NCBI GenBank assembly: GCA_021819825.1
Contig: JAKAEZ010000001.1
Location: 3,521 to 67,520, forward strand
Length of the DNA stretch: 64,000 nt
Origin: Planctomycetota bacterium
GTDB lineage: Bacteria; Planctomycetota; Phycisphaerae; WQYP01
Direction of reading: 5' to 3'
Shown here: in pieces, positions 10,476-20,815 of the stretch
Layout: every line of letters starts with the position of its first letter
Position numbering within the stretch: the stretch's first letter is position 1
The notes under the pieces: generated by a model
Database searches by the model: none
What the model was told of the DNA's origin: nothing
The model's input: only the letters and a program-made list of their open reading frames with translations
Made by a program: the position numbers and the translations under genes

Positions 10476-11546
10476 ATGATTGTCATTCTTAAACCGGGAG
10501 CCGATGACGCTCTTGTAAAGAATATTGTCTCGCAAATTGAGGCCCTGGGTCTGCAGGCACACTTGTCCAAAGGACAATTTCGTACGGTTATCGGGGTCGT
10601 GGGAGAAGAGGTTAAAGTAGATAAAGAACACCTCATGGCCATTAATGGCGTTGAGCAGGTGCTGCCAATCATGCGGCCTTACAAGCTGGCCAGCCGTGAA
10701 TTTCATAAAGCGGACACGATAGTAGAAATTCCATCTCCGGGTGGAGGCGTGGTCAAGGTCGGCGGCGGGCACTGTGTTTCTATCGCCGGCCCTTGTGCGT
10801 GTGAAAACGAAGAGATGGTTCATAACATTGCCAAATTCATCCGGGCATCAGGCGCGGCGGTGCTCCGCGGCGGTGCCTATAAACCGCGCACCAGCCCCTA
10901 CAGCTTTCAAGGGCATGGGGAAGATGCGTTAAAGTGGCTGCGTGATGCGGGGCGGGAAAATGGCATGCCCATTATCACGGAAGTTATGGACACACGGCAC
11001 GTGGCGATCATTGAACAATACACCGATGTATTTCAAATCGGTGCGCGCAACATGCAAAATTTTAATCTGCTCTTTGAAGTCGGTAAAACTCGCAAGCCGG
11101 TGTTGCTGAAGCGCGGCATGGCCGGCTCCATTCAGGAATGGCTTATGAGCGCGGAATATGTGCTTAGCCAGGGGAATCGCCAGGTCATTTTGTGTGAGCG
11201 GGGTATTAAAACATTTGAAACCGCCCTGCGATTTACGCTGGACATATCCGCGGTTCCTGTGGTAAAAGCCAACAGCCACCTGCCGGTGATTGTAGATCCC
11301 AGCCATGCCAGCGGAGTGCGGGACTTTGTTCCGGCGCTGGCTCAAGCCGGCATTGCGGCGGGCGCGGACGGCATTATGGTGGAAGTTCACGATAACCCGT
11401 CCAAGGCGATGTGCGATGGGCCGCAGGCGCTGTTGCCGGAAGCGTTTGCCGATTTGATGGTAACGCTTAAAAAGATTTCCGCGGTGCTGGGACGGACTTT
11501 TTCCGAACCCGCCGCTGTGCCCCAGATGGCGCAGGTACGCGTTTAA
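10476..11546 (+). CDS. aroF: 3-deoxy-7-phosphoheptulonate (DAHP) synthase, type I-beta with N-terminal regulatory domain
   Basis: MIVILKPG.. ferredoxin-like N-domain, then GPCACE..LRGGAYKPRTSPYSFQG..QIGARNMQNF..VDPSH..GIMVEVH. Confidence 0.9.
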   Translation: MIVILKPGADDALVKNIVSQIEALGLQAHLSKGQFRTVIGVVGEEVKVDKEHLMAINGVEQVLPIMRPYKLASREFHKADTIVEIPSPGGGVVKVGGGHCVSIAGPCACENEEMVHNIAKFIRASGAAVLRGGAYKPRTSPYSFQGHGEDALKWLRDAGRENGMPIITEVMDTRHVAIIEQYTDVFQIGARNMQNFNLLFEVGKTRKPVLLKRGMAGSIQEWLMSAEYVLSQGNRQVILCERGIKTFETALRFTLDISAVPVVKANSHLPVIVDPSHASGVRDFVPALAQAGIAAGADGIMVEVHDNPSKAMCDGPQALLPEAFADLMVTLKKISAVLGRTFSEPAAVPQMAQVRV

Positions 11547-11605
11547 AAAATAGCGGCCGGATTGCCGCGTGGTGGCTGGTGCCCGTACAGGTATTGCGTC
11601 AATAA

Positions 11606-12397
11606 ATGGAGATAAAAAACGTGCGAAAATATTTAATTGCCGGAAACTGGAAAATGAATCTGGATCGCGCTGAAAGCGTGGATTTAGCTTCTAAAATTGC
11701 CGGGCATACACCATCGGTCTGCCCCGTGGAAATCAGTGTCATCCCGACGCTGGTGCACCTGGAGGCAGTCCGCGCGGTTCTTAACGCAAAAGTATCCCTG
11801 GGTGCCCAGAACGCTTATTTTGAGAAAAAAGGTGCCTTCACCGGGGAAGTCAGCGTGGGGATGCTGCGGGAAATGGGCGTGACTTACGTGCTGGCCGGGC
11901 ACAGTGAACGGCGGCATATTTTAGGTGAAACCGACGAAATTGTGGGCAAAAAAGCTCATGCTATTGTGGCGGAAGGCCTGAAGTTGATTCTGTGTGTTGG
12001 CGAAACGCTTGAACAACGAAAGAACTTTAAGACCGTTGAAGTTGTTGGTCGGCAACTCGATGCGGGTCTGGCGCATGTTTCCGCCGCCAGCGCCGAAGGT
12101 GGCCATCTGGTTATCGCCTATGAACCGGTGTGGGCCATTGGCACAGGATTGACGGCCACTCCCGCACAAGCCCAGGAAGTCCATAGTTTTATTCGGACAA
12201 AACTGGGGGAAAAATATGGCCATGAAACGGCTCAGGCCATTCGCATCCAATATGGTGGGTCGGCAAAAAAAGCCAACGCCGCCGAGCTTCTGGCGCAGGC
12301 CGATATTGATGGGCTGCTTATTGGCGGAGCCAGTCTGATAGTGGATGAATTTATGGGTATTGTGCAGGCCGCCATTGCCGCGCAAGCGGGACATTAA
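11606..12397 (+). CDS. tpiA: triosephosphate isomerase
   Basis: IAGNWKMN, GHSERR and YEPVWAIGTG motifs. The true start may be GTG 11621, which lies 9 nt after GGAG. Confidence 0.95.
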   Translation: MEIKNVRKYLIAGNWKMNLDRAESVDLASKIAGHTPSVCPVEISVIPTLVHLEAVRAVLNAKVSLGAQNAYFEKKGAFTGEVSVGMLREMGVTYVLAGHSERRHILGETDEIVGKKAHAIVAEGLKLILCVGETLEQRKNFKTVEVVGRQLDAGLAHVSAASAEGGHLVIAYEPVWAIGTGLTATPAQAQEVHSFIRTKLGEKYGHETAQAIRIQYGGSAKKANAAELLAQADIDGLLIGGASLIVDEFMGIVQAAIAAQAGH

Positions 12398-12439
12398 GAC
12401 AACGGGTAACCGAGCTGACGGCTCAAGGATAACAGGTCC

Positions 12440-12865
12440 ATGACAACATTTTTTTCCATCTTGCTGGTGCTTCTGGGCGTCGTGATGATTTTCGTCATTC
12501 TGCTGCAACGCGGGCGCGGCGGCGGCCTGATTGGCGCGTTTGGTGCCGGTGGCGGCGGCTCGGCCTTTGGCACGAAAACCGGTGACGTATTTACCACGAT
12601 CACCGTGGTGCTTTTTGTGTTGTTTATGTTTCTGGCGATTGGATTAAACTGGATGGTGCAGGGAAAAACGCCCGTCGCCGCCTCGCGCCCGGCGGCGACA
12701 ACCCAGGGTGCCATGACAACCACCAAGTCGACGACGGCAGGCACAACACCGACTGCGGCACCGGCCGCGGCTACCACCGGAACCAAGACTTCCAAGCCGA
12801 CCGTGGCAACGAAAGTTCCGGCCGGAAACGCCACAAACGCTAAACCGGCGGCGACGCATCCGTGA
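12440..12865 (+). CDS. secG: preprotein translocase subunit SecG with long Thr/Ala/Pro-rich tail
   Basis: Two TM helices flank [24 protein letters not shown]. It holds the conserved position after tpiA. Confidence 0.8.
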   Translation: MTTFFSILLVLLGVVMIFVILLQRGRGGGLIGAFGAGGGGSAFGTKTGDVFTTITVVLFVLFMFLAIGLNWMVQGKTPVAASRPAATTQGAMTTTKSTTAGTTPTAAPAAATTGTKTSKPTVATKVPAGNATNAKPAATHP

Positions 12866-12881
12866 TGGATTCGGAGTTCAA

Positions 12882-13778
12882 ATGATCATCAGCATGACCG
12901 GTTATGGCAGAGCGAGCCTGGAAGAGGAGAATTTTTTCTGCCAGGTGGAAATTCGTTCGGTCAATAACCGATTCCTTAAAGCCTCTATTCGCCTGCCCGA
13001 CGAACTGGCGGACTGTGAGGCCGAAATCGACAAACTGGTGCGGCAGCAACTTTGCCGCGGGTCAATAAATGTTACCGTGACCGTGGTGCTGCCGGCGGGC
13101 ACAGCGGCGGTGGTGAATCGGGAGGCGGCACAATATTACCTTAAAGAAATGCAGGATTTAGCACGTCAGGCCAAGGATTCTCCGGCCCCGATGACCATTG
13201 ACCTTACAGAATTGCTGCTTTTGCCCGGGGTATGCGAATCGCCCAACCGTGGAACCGCCGAACCGGATCACCAGCACCGGCGTGAGGTCATTAACCGCCT
13301 GACCGCCGATGCGTTGGGGCAGGTTGTACAAATGCGCAAGCGCGAAGGCGAAGCGCTTTGGAAGGATTTAAAATCGCACCTCGACGAAATCGCCATCGCT
13401 CTTGAAACCATTCGGCAGCAGGCTCCGCAGATTGCGCAGCAATACCATCAGAGATTACGGGCTCGCGTGATGCAACTGGTGGGTGATGCCAAACTGTCAC
13501 TTTCTGATGCGGATCTTTTAAGGGAAGTGGCATTATTTTCCGAGCGGGCGGATATCAGCGAAGAAATTTCGCGGCTTTCTGGGCATCTGGAGCATTTTGT
13601 GGGTTTGGCGGAAAAGGAAAATCAGGTGGGCCGCACGCTGGAATTTATCGCCCAGGAAATGCTGCGGGAGGCCAATACCATCGGCAGCAAAGCCAGCGAT
13701 GGCAAGATCGCAAAGCTCTGCATGCAGATTAAGGGCATTATTGACCGAATCAAGGAACAAGTGCAGAACGTGGAATAG
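12882..13778 (+). CDS. yicC: YicC-family protein
   Basis: MIISMTGYGRA..EIRSVNNRFL..EMLREANTIGSKA..IKEQVQNVE. Confidence 0.85.
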   Translation: MIISMTGYGRASLEEENFFCQVEIRSVNNRFLKASIRLPDELADCEAEIDKLVRQQLCRGSINVTVTVVLPAGTAAVVNREAAQYYLKEMQDLARQAKDSPAPMTIDLTELLLLPGVCESPNRGTAEPDHQHRREVINRLTADALGQVVQMRKREGEALWKDLKSHLDEIAIALETIRQQAPQIAQQYHQRLRARVMQLVGDAKLSLSDADLLREVALFSERADISEEISRLSGHLEHFVGLAEKENQVGRTLEFIAQEMLREANTIGSKASDGKIAKLCMQIKGIIDRIKEQVQNVE

Positions 13779-13800
13779 CCTCAAGCGTCCCGGGTAAGAA

Positions 13801-14421
13801 ATGTCAAACCCGGATTTACTCATTACCAGGCACGGAATTCAGTTGATGGAAAACGGCACACAAGGGTTGCTTATTTTTGTATCAGGGCCTTCGGGTGTGG
13901 GGAAATCTACGGTATGTAACCGTTTGGCTAAGGACCTGCCGGCCCAATTCGCCCTGTCGGCAACGACGCGGGCGGGTAAGCCGCAGGATCAATGGGGAAA
14001 GAAATATATTTTCGTAAATGAGAATGAATTTCAACAGCGTGTTGCAAACAATGAATTTCTTGAATATGCTAGGGTGTTTGGGCATTGGTACGGTACGCTA
14101 CGGCAACCCGTGCTGGATGCCTTGGCGATGGGCCGAACGGTACTGCTGGAAATAGACATTCAGGGTGGTATTCAGATTGTCAAAATGTTTCCCCAAGCCG
14201 TAGGCGTGTTTATTCTACCGCCAGGCGAAGAGGAATTAACCCGGCGGTTACGCGAACGTGGGCGCGATGAACCGGAGGTTATTGAAACACGACTTCGGCA
14301 GGCCAAACAGGAAATTGCCATCGCCGAGCAATCCGGGGCGTACCGGATTAAAGTGGTCAACCGTGTGCTGGATGAGACCATCGCTGAATTGATCAGCCAA
14401 CTCAAAGCGGTACAAAGGTGA
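13801..14421 (+). CDS. gmk: guanylate kinase
   Basis: SGPSGVGKST P-loop, and YxFV..F..EYA..GxxYGT pattern. Confidence 0.92.
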   Translation: MSNPDLLITRHGIQLMENGTQGLLIFVSGPSGVGKSTVCNRLAKDLPAQFALSATTRAGKPQDQWGKKYIFVNENEFQQRVANNEFLEYARVFGHWYGTLRQPVLDALAMGRTVLLEIDIQGGIQIVKMFPQAVGVFILPPGEEELTRRLRERGRDEPEVIETRLRQAKQEIAIAEQSGAYRIKVVNRVLDETIAELISQLKAVQR

Positions 14422-14515
14422 TCACAGCGGGCTTCCGGTTGTACGGTAGCCGGGAAAATTGAATTTTGAAATGGGCACAATAGCCACTTGGAATATAATC
14501 AGGAGTATTTACGAC

Positions 14516-14752
14516 ATGATCGAAGCAATTAAAAGCGATGAAATTGTACATAAACTGGGCGGCCGATTTAAACTTTGCGCCTTGGTGCAGCACCGTCTGG
14601 CAGAACTGATCGAAGGCCAGAGACCGCTGGTAGAGCGCAACGGCCGTAGCGACATGGAAGTCGTTCTGGACGAAATTCTTCAGGGCAAAGTCAGCATTGA
14701 TTTTGAAAAAAGCAATATAACAAAGCCCGCCGAGGCTCTCGGACATAAATAA
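14516..14752 (+). CDS. rpoZ: probable DNA-directed RNA polymerase omega subunit
   Basis: KLGGRFKLCALVQHRLAELI resembles planctomycete-type omega. It sits in the conserved gmk-rpoZ-coaBC position. AGGAG lies 10 nt upstream of ATG 14516. Confidence 0.6.
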   Translation: MIEAIKSDEIVHKLGGRFKLCALVQHRLAELIEGQRPLVERNGRSDMEVVLDEILQGKVSIDFEKSNITKPAEALGHK

Positions 14753-14821
14753 GCACGTCGGTTGGCATTGCGGCAGGATGGCACCGAAATTAGCCTCACG
14801 ATTCCGGAGTGGAAACGGCTC

Positions 14822-15376
14822 ATGAACAGCGCACGGAAAAAGGTTCTGGTGTGTGTCTGTGGGGGAATCGCCGCCTACAAAGTATGCCATGTGGTCAGCC
14901 AATTGGCACAACATCAATACAAGGTGGATGTGGCCATGACGGCCCAATCGCTGAAATTTGTCGGCGCGCTGACCTTTGAAGCACTTTCAGGACATGCTGT
15001 ACATACGGATCTGTTTAATAATAGAGACAGTGCCGATCCCCAGCATATCCAACTGGCGCAAAGTGCTGATTTGATTGTGGTTGCTCCCGCGACGGCGAAC
15101 ATGATCGGAAAAATCGCGCACGGCTTGGCGGATGATCTGGTAAGTACGTTGCTGCTGGCGGCACAACCGGAAAAACTGCTGCTGGCCCCCGCAATGAATG
15201 AGCAAATGTGGAATAACCCCGCGGTGCAGGCCAATGTGGCGATGCTGCGGTCGCGGAACATTGCGATGATCGGGCCGGAGTCCGGGTGGCAAGCCTGTCG
15301 GACGATCGGCACAGGCCGCATGAGCGAGCCGGAGGTCATCGTTCAAATGGTCATGTCCCGAGTTCCGGTTACTTAA
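14822..15376 (+). CDS. coaC: phosphopantothenoylcysteine decarboxylase (stand-alone CoaC flavoprotein domain)
   Basis: GGIAAYK..APATANMIGKIAHGLADDL..APAMNEQMW..GTGRMSEPE. The ORF stops after ~185 aa with no CoaB domain. Confidence 0.8.
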   Translation: MNSARKKVLVCVCGGIAAYKVCHVVSQLAQHQYKVDVAMTAQSLKFVGALTFEALSGHAVHTDLFNNRDSADPQHIQLAQSADLIVVAPATANMIGKIAHGLADDLVSTLLLAAQPEKLLLAPAMNEQMWNNPAVQANVAMLRSRNIAMIGPESGWQACRTIGTGRMSEPEVIVQMVMSRVPVT

Positions 15377-15486
15377 ATTTGAGCAATCCGCGATTGCCGG
15401 TTGGGGCATGGTGGGCCAGGGGAAGCAATTTTCCGCACATGCTGATAGAATGCCCCATTCCAGTTTGGTTCAAAGGAGTTACGCGC

Positions 15487-18399
15487 ATGACATCGCGTGA
15501 GATACGCAAGCAATTCATTGATTTTTTCATCAGCCAAAACGGCCATTCATTTGTGCCGTCCAGTCCGGTGGTGCCGCATGATGATCCGACACTATTGTTT
15601 ACCAATGCGGGGATGAATCAATTCAAACCTTATTTTCTCGGCACCGCCACCGCCCCTTGGAAGCGTGTGGCCAATACGCAAAAGTGCATCCGTGCGGGGG
15701 GAAAACATAATGATCTGGATGACGTGGGACGATCACGCCGGCATCACACTTTTTTTGAAATGCTCGGCAATTGGAGCTTCGGCGATTATTTTAAAGCCGG
15801 AGCAATCGAAATGGCCTGGAAACTTTTAACCGAAGTTTGGCAGATCAATCCGCTGCGACTGCATGTCACGGTCTACGCGGGCAATCCGGCGGACAATGTG
15901 CCGGCGGATGACGAGGCGGCACAACTGTGGAAACAGATCGCCGGCTTACCAGATCATCACATCCACCGGTTTGTGGATGAGAATTTCTGGGAAATGGGAG
16001 AGACGGGGCCCTGCGGCCCCTGCACCGAGATATTTATTGACCGCACGGCGGACATGACCGGCGGCCCGCAAGTCAATGGCACCGATCCGCGTGTCATGGA
16101 AATATGGAATCTGGTATTTATTCAGTACAACCGCGGTGCGGACCGCAGGCTCACGACCTTACCGGCCCAGCACGTGGATACCGGTATGGGCCTGGAACGT
16201 ATATGTCAGGTGTTGCAGGATAAAAGCGATAACTACGCTACGGACCTGTTTACCCCCCTCTTTACGGCCATCGGGGAGCTTTCCGGCAAGGAATATTCCG
16301 GGATATTTCCGGCTCTGGACCAGGGCTCCGGTGAAGAGATAAAAAATCCAGCCTTGACGCGGGATATCGCATTCCGTGTTATCGCGGATCATATCCGCTG
16401 CCTGACGTTCGCGATCACCGATGGAGCCGTTCCCGGAAACGACGGCCGCGGCTACGTATTGCGGCGCATCTTGCGTCGAGCTGTGCGCTTCGGACGACAG
16501 AACCTGGGGATGCGTGAGCCATTTCTGCATCAACTGGTGCCCGTGATTGTCAGTTCCATGAGCGAGGCGTTTCCGGAATTGGCAAGCAACCCCAAGCGTG
16601 TCGCTGACATTATTGAAGATGAAGAGCGCGGTTTCAGTCGCACATTGGACCGCGGCTTGGAACTTTTCCAACTGGCCGCCGACGAGGCCCGGGCTGAAAA
16701 GCTCAAACCAACCATGATTTCCGCGGAAAATGCGTTCAAACTCCATGATACTTTTGGCTTCCCGATTGATCTCACGCAGATCATGGCGCAAGAACAGAAC
16801 ATGGGCGTCGATAAGTATGGCTATGACCTGCTGATGCAGCAAGCGCGGGAGAAAGCCCGGTTGGGAGGCAAGGCAGCAAGTTCCGGCCTGACGGATATGC
16901 CGCCGGAAATTCTGGCGGAATTACCCGCCCTGCGCATTAAACCCACCGACGACCACGCGAAGTATGACCACCGCCCCCTGCGCACGCACATTGTGGGTAT
17001 TTGGGATGCCCAGCGCCTGAGAGAATCTGTAACCGCCGATGAATCCGGCAGCATAGCGCTAATTTTAGACCGGACTAATTTTTATGCCGAAATGGGCGGT
17101 CAAATCGGCGATCAGGGAGAAATAAAGACCGACTCGGGTACGACATTTGTGGTGGAATCCGTAAGGCAACTTGGCGGATATGTGCTGCATATCGGCCGTT
17201 TAAAACATGGCACCATCCATCGCGGCGATTCGGCCAGCGCGTCGGTATTTAACGCACGGAAGCGCATTGAAAAAAATCATACCGCGACGCATTTGGCCAA
17301 CTGGGCCTTGCGCGAAACGCTGGGCGACCATGTGGAGCAAAAAGGTTCGCTGGTGGATGCCGATAAACTGCGTTTTGATTTCGTGCAACCCAAAGTGCTG
17401 GATGATCATGAGCTTGAAAAGGTCGAAGCGCTGGTGCAGGAGGCTATCGGCAAAAAGCTGACGGTCTACACTGATGTAGCGCCGCTTGAGCAAGCCCGAA
17501 AGATCCACTCGCTTCGCGCCGTTTTCGGTGAAAAATATCCGCCGATGGTGCGGGTTGTTTCCGTTGGCGTTCCTGTATCCGAGTTGCTGGCTAATCCGGA
17601 AAATCCGGCGTGGCGGCAATACTCCATTGAATTCTGCGGCGGGACGCACATAGGCAGTACCTCCGACGCGGAGGAATTCGCCATCATAGCTGAAGAATCT
17701 GTCAGCAAAGGCGTTCGCCGACTCGTGGCCGTCACAGGAGCTGCTGCGCAAGCCGCCCGTCGCCATTCCACTGCCGTAGAAGCGCTGATTGCGACAGGTC
17801 AAGGCGGCGCAGGCAGCGTGGAAGATCAAGCAAAGCTGGCTGGTGCCCTGCAGGAGGCGGGGAGAGACCCGGCACTTCCCCTGCTTGCCCGCCGCCGCGC
17901 GCTTCGTGCCGCATCGCAAATCCAGGAACGTGTCAAACAACAACAGAAAAAAGAGGCATTATCACGCGGTAATACGGACCTCAACGGCACCATCACCATA
18001 CTGCTGGATCAGGCGCAGCGTATCGCGGACAACCACGTAATTATCGGGCAACTGCCTGATGCGGATGTGCCGGCGTTGCGTGCAGCGGTCGATGGCGTGA
18101 AAAAGAAACTCCACCCGGCCCCGGTCGCGATGCTGTTGGCCTCGACCATTACAGAAACCGACAAACAAGGCAATCTCCTTCCGCCCAAGGTAAATCTCGT
18201 CGCCGCGGTCAGTGATTCATTGATTCATAAAATCAGTGCCGGCGATTGGGTAAAAGCTGTGGCACCCGTGGTCGGCGGAACCGGCGGAGGCCGCCCGCAG
18301 ATGGCCATGGCCGGTGGAAAAGACGCCCACATGATTGAAAAAGCACTGGAAACAGCGCGGAGCTTCGCGCTTGAACGAATGGTAGAGAATCGCCAGTAG
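15487..18399 (+). CDS. alaS: alanine--tRNA ligase
   Basis: MTSREIRKQFIDFF..LLFTNAGMNQFK..FFEMLGNWSFGDYFK, the HTATH editing motif, and the C-terminal GGGRPQMAMAGG (DHHA1). Confidence 0.97.
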   Translation: MTSREIRKQFIDFFISQNGHSFVPSSPVVPHDDPTLLFTNAGMNQFKPYFLGTATAPWKRVANTQKCIRAGGKHNDLDDVGRSRRHHTFFEMLGNWSFGDYFKAGAIEMAWKLLTEVWQINPLRLHVTVYAGNPADNVPADDEAAQLWKQIAGLPDHHIHRFVDENFWEMGETGPCGPCTEIFIDRTADMTGGPQVNGTDPRVMEIWNLVFIQYNRGADRRLTTLPAQHVDTGMGLERICQVLQDKSDNYATDLFTPLFTAIGELSGKEYSGIFPALDQGSGEEIKNPALTRDIAFRVIADHIRCLTFAITDGAVPGNDGRGYVLRRILRRAVRFGRQNLGMREPFLHQLVPVIVSSMSEAFPELASNPKRVADIIEDEERGFSRTLDRGLELFQLAADEARAEKLKPTMISAENAFKLHDTFGFPIDLTQIMAQEQNMGVDKYGYDLLMQQAREKARLGGKAASSGLTDMPPEILAELPALRIKPTDDHAKYDHRPLRTHIVGIWDAQRLRESVTADESGSIALILDRTNFYAEMGGQIGDQGEIKTDSGTTFVVESVRQLGGYVLHIGRLKHGTIHRGDSASASVFNARKRIEKNHTATHLANWALRETLGDHVEQKGSLVDADKLRFDFVQPKVLDDHELEKVEALVQEAIGKKLTVYTDVAPLEQARKIHSLRAVFGEKYPPMVRVVSVGVPVSELLANPENPAWRQYSIEFCGGTHIGSTSDAEEFAIIAEESVSKGVRRLVAVTGAAAQAARRHSTAVEALIATGQGGAGSVEDQAKLAGALQEAGRDPALPLLARRRALRAASQIQERVKQQQKKEALSRGNTDLNGTITILLDQAQRIADNHVIIGQLPDADVPALRAAVDGVKKKLHPAPVAMLLASTITETDKQGNLLPPKVNLVAAVSDSLIHKISAGDWVKAVAPVVGGTGGGRPQMAMAGGKDAHMIEKALETARSFALERMVENRQ

Positions 18400-18407
18400 C
18401 GGCTTGG

Positions 18408-19169
18408 CTATTGATACACTGGGGAGTTCAGGGCTTGTTCGAGGCTCAGGGAAGCCAGGCCGCGGGATTTTAGAATTTTCAGTATTTCCGGCAAGGCTTG
18501 AATGGTGGATTCCTGCGAACAATTTCTGCGTGCCGGCTCAAGGCCGTCGTGCAGGGTCACAATATCTCCCGGGCGAATTTGTGATGTGACGATTCGGCAA
18601 ATGGTGCGCGGCGAGATTTTTAAAGTATCCCATGCGCGCACACGCCAGGCGATATAACGCATGGCGCTTTTACGCACGGCCCGGGCCTGCGGCGGTGTTT
18701 TAAATCCCATCGGCGCACGAAACAAAGTCGGTTCACGACCGATGATTTCCGCCAATGCGGCGCTGGTGCGCTGCAACTGATCCCGCCAATACGCTTCACC
18801 ATGCCACACGCCGTGATGGTGATGATCCCAGGTATGATTGCCGACGGTATGCCCTTCGGCAATCATTCGATGAACCAGTTCAGGATACTGCTTCACTTGT
18901 GATCCAATGAGAAAAAAACTGGCGTGGGCATGTTGCTGCCGCAATATATCAAGCACGCGGTCGGTGAATCCGGGAGTGGGACCATCATCAAAGGTAAGTG
19001 CTACGGCCTTGTGTGGATAAATGGTTTTAATGACCGGCGCTACAACATTGCTGCCGGAGTATAACACGCCATACCAGATCGCGAGCGCCGCGCCCGCAGA
19101 CACTCCGGCCACCCCTGCCACAAAGGGGTGTTGCATGATCAGTTCGCTGGGGAAATTCACGATCATCAA
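18408..19169 (-). CDS. polysaccharide deacetylase (NodB homology) with N-terminal TM anchor
   Basis: LTFDDGP..GNHTWDHHH..LHD motifs. Confidence 0.8.
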   Translation of the reverse strand: MMIVNFPSELIMQHPFVAGVAGVSAGAALAIWYGVLYSGSNVVAPVIKTIYPHKAVALTFDDGPTPGFTDRVLDILRQQHAHASFFLIGSQVKQYPELVHRMIAEGHTVGNHTWDHHHHGVWHGEAYWRDQLQRTSAALAEIIGREPTLFRAPMGFKTPPQARAVRKSAMRYIAWRVRAWDTLKISPRTICRIVTSQIRPGDIVTLHDGLEPARRNCSQESTIQALPEILKILKSRGLASLSLEQALNSPVYQ

Positions 19170-19190
19170 GTCTTTCTTTTTTTACCGCAT

Positions 19191-19871
19191 TTATGGAATG
19201 CGAGCGGTGATGGATGTTGCACTATTTGTACGCTGTCGTAAATGCAAGATATAGTTTAACGCAGAATCCGAAATAACCATCGATTCCGGCTCCCCTACTG
19301 TAGAGCTGTTAAACATGATGGCATAATTTGCCCCGGACGGTGTTTTTACGCTCAGGTGGGTCGGAAGCAGACCATTTGGGCTGACGGCGAAATTCCATAG
19401 AAAGCGATTGTCATTGGCGTCCTTATATACCACGACATCGCCCGAGGCCTTAACTGCGGCATGCCATGGTCCCTCCGGTCGGCGAAAGGCCAGGGAAATT
19501 CCTTCTCCAATGGCTCTTGCCAATGCCAGATCGGACCGGCGCGGCTGAACCAAAAAGTGTGTGCCCGCCCAATTGCGATGCACGATAAATGCATATCGCC
19601 CATCCGTCGATTGCAATGTAAGCGTAAAACGATAGGCATTAATCAGGTCCAGATGTCCGACAATGGCGCTGACATGATTGTCATAATCCAGTGATCCGGT
19701 AAATGCGGCATTGTATTGACCGGCACCGGCGTCCACCCATGATTTGATCCCCCGCAAAGCAGGTGAATTGCTTTTTAGCGCGGTGGATGGGGGTGGATTG
19801 CGGCAACCGGCCAGCGCGAGCGCCAGGCAAGCAGCCACAGCGGTTATCATTAATGATTTACAGGTCATCAC
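19191..19871 (-). CDS. hypothetical lipoprotein
   Basis: Lipobox LALAGC after a signal peptide. No family recognised. Confidence 0.55.
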   Translation of the reverse strand: MMTCKSLMITAVAACLALALAGCRNPPPSTALKSNSPALRGIKSWVDAGAGQYNAAFTGSLDYDNHVSAIVGHLDLINAYRFTLTLQSTDGRYAFIVHRNWAGTHFLVQPRRSDLALARAIGEGISLAFRRPEGPWHAAVKASGDVVVYKDANDNRFLWNFAVSPNGLLPTHLSVKTPSGANYAIMFNSSTVGEPESMVISDSALNYILHLRQRTNSATSITARIP

Positions 19872-20758
19872 ATAGCTCCTGAACCATAATAATTCCGCAC
19901 ACCTTCAACAAATCCTACATTGGGTGAATAGCCAAGAATGGTACGGGCGGCAGTAATATCGGCTTCGGTATGATTCTGAAAAAAGCTGTAGGGATTATCA
20001 ATATATTCCGGTTGCAGATTGGTGTGCATAACGCGGTTTAATTCCGCGATAATGGCATTGAAAGATTCCGATACGCCGCTGCCGACATTAAGTATGTGAC
20101 ACCCTTCAGCTTCCAGTGACTTCACGTTGGCCTGAATGACATCGTCAATCCAGACAAAATCTCGCCGCTGATTACCGTCATGGAATATCCGGGGGCGTTT
20201 GCCGGCCTTCATCTGCTGGGCTAACTGATAAATCATGGAGGCAAATTTACCCTTGTGAGCTTCGCCGGGGCCGTAGACATTGAAATAGCGCAAGCCAACG
20301 ATCGGCAGATGCGAATCTCCGTGCCACTTGGCGGCCAAGCGCTCCATGGCGAGTTTGGAATAGCCGTAAACATTTAATGGGGATGGTTCATCACTTTCTC
20401 GCATGGGAGCGGGTCGATTGCCATAGGTTGCGGCGGATGATGCCCAAACCACGCGAGCTTTCCATACCATGGCCCAGGATAGAATAGTTCGGAATCGCTC
20501 AAGATTATTCTGCATCATTTTCCATTGATCGGTCACCGTGGTATCCGTGATGGACGCCTCATGGAAAATCGCGTCGAAGCGCCCGGCGGGCGGGTTTTCG
20601 CAGCGGTCGGTATAGACTTCGCCCGTGAATTTTACGAGATTCTTAAAATCGCCGGATGAGAAATCATCCAGCACCACAACCTTGTGTCCGTGTGCCGCCA
20701 GGTACTTGGCCAGATTTGAACCAATAAATCCCGCTCCACCGGTTACCAGAATTCGCAT
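19868..20758 (-). CDS. NAD-dependent sugar epimerase, ADP-L-glycero-D-manno-heptose 6-epimerase (HldD)-like
   Basis: MRILVTGGAGFIGSN, YGYSK, and RYFNVYGPGE..KG..RDFVWIDDV pattern. Confidence 0.8.
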   Translation of the reverse strand: MRILVTGGAGFIGSNLAKYLAAHGHKVVVLDDFSSGDFKNLVKFTGEVYTDRCENPPAGRFDAIFHEASITDTTVTDQWKMMQNNLERFRTILSWAMVWKARVVWASSAATYGNRPAPMRESDEPSPLNVYGYSKLAMERLAAKWHGDSHLPIVGLRYFNVYGPGEAHKGKFASMIYQLAQQMKAGKRPRIFHDGNQRRDFVWIDDVIQANVKSLEAEGCHILNVGSGVSESFNAIIAELNRVMHTNLQPEYIDNPYSFFQNHTEADITAARTILGYSPNVGFVEGVRNYYGSGAM

Positions 20759-20815
20759 GTAGACTCCAAACGTTTCTATACAGCTTCCGTTGCGACGCCA
20801 CAACAAGCTTTATGA

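Noticed and set aside
12394-12834. 146-aa minus-strand ORF overlapping secG
   Set aside because: It is antisense to the low-complexity SecG tail. Its Ala/Val/Pro-rich composition has no ribosome-binding site or family support.
15286-15486. N-terminal extension of the alaS ORF overlapping coaC
   Set aside because: The conserved AlaRS N-terminus (MTSREIRKQFIDFF) begins at ATG 15487 with an AAAGGAG ribosome-binding site. The upstream part is just open frame across the coaC 3' end.
17200-17943. 247-aa minus-strand ORF
   Set aside because: It lies entirely inside alaS on the opposite strand. Its Arg-rich composition is typical of spurious antisense frames.
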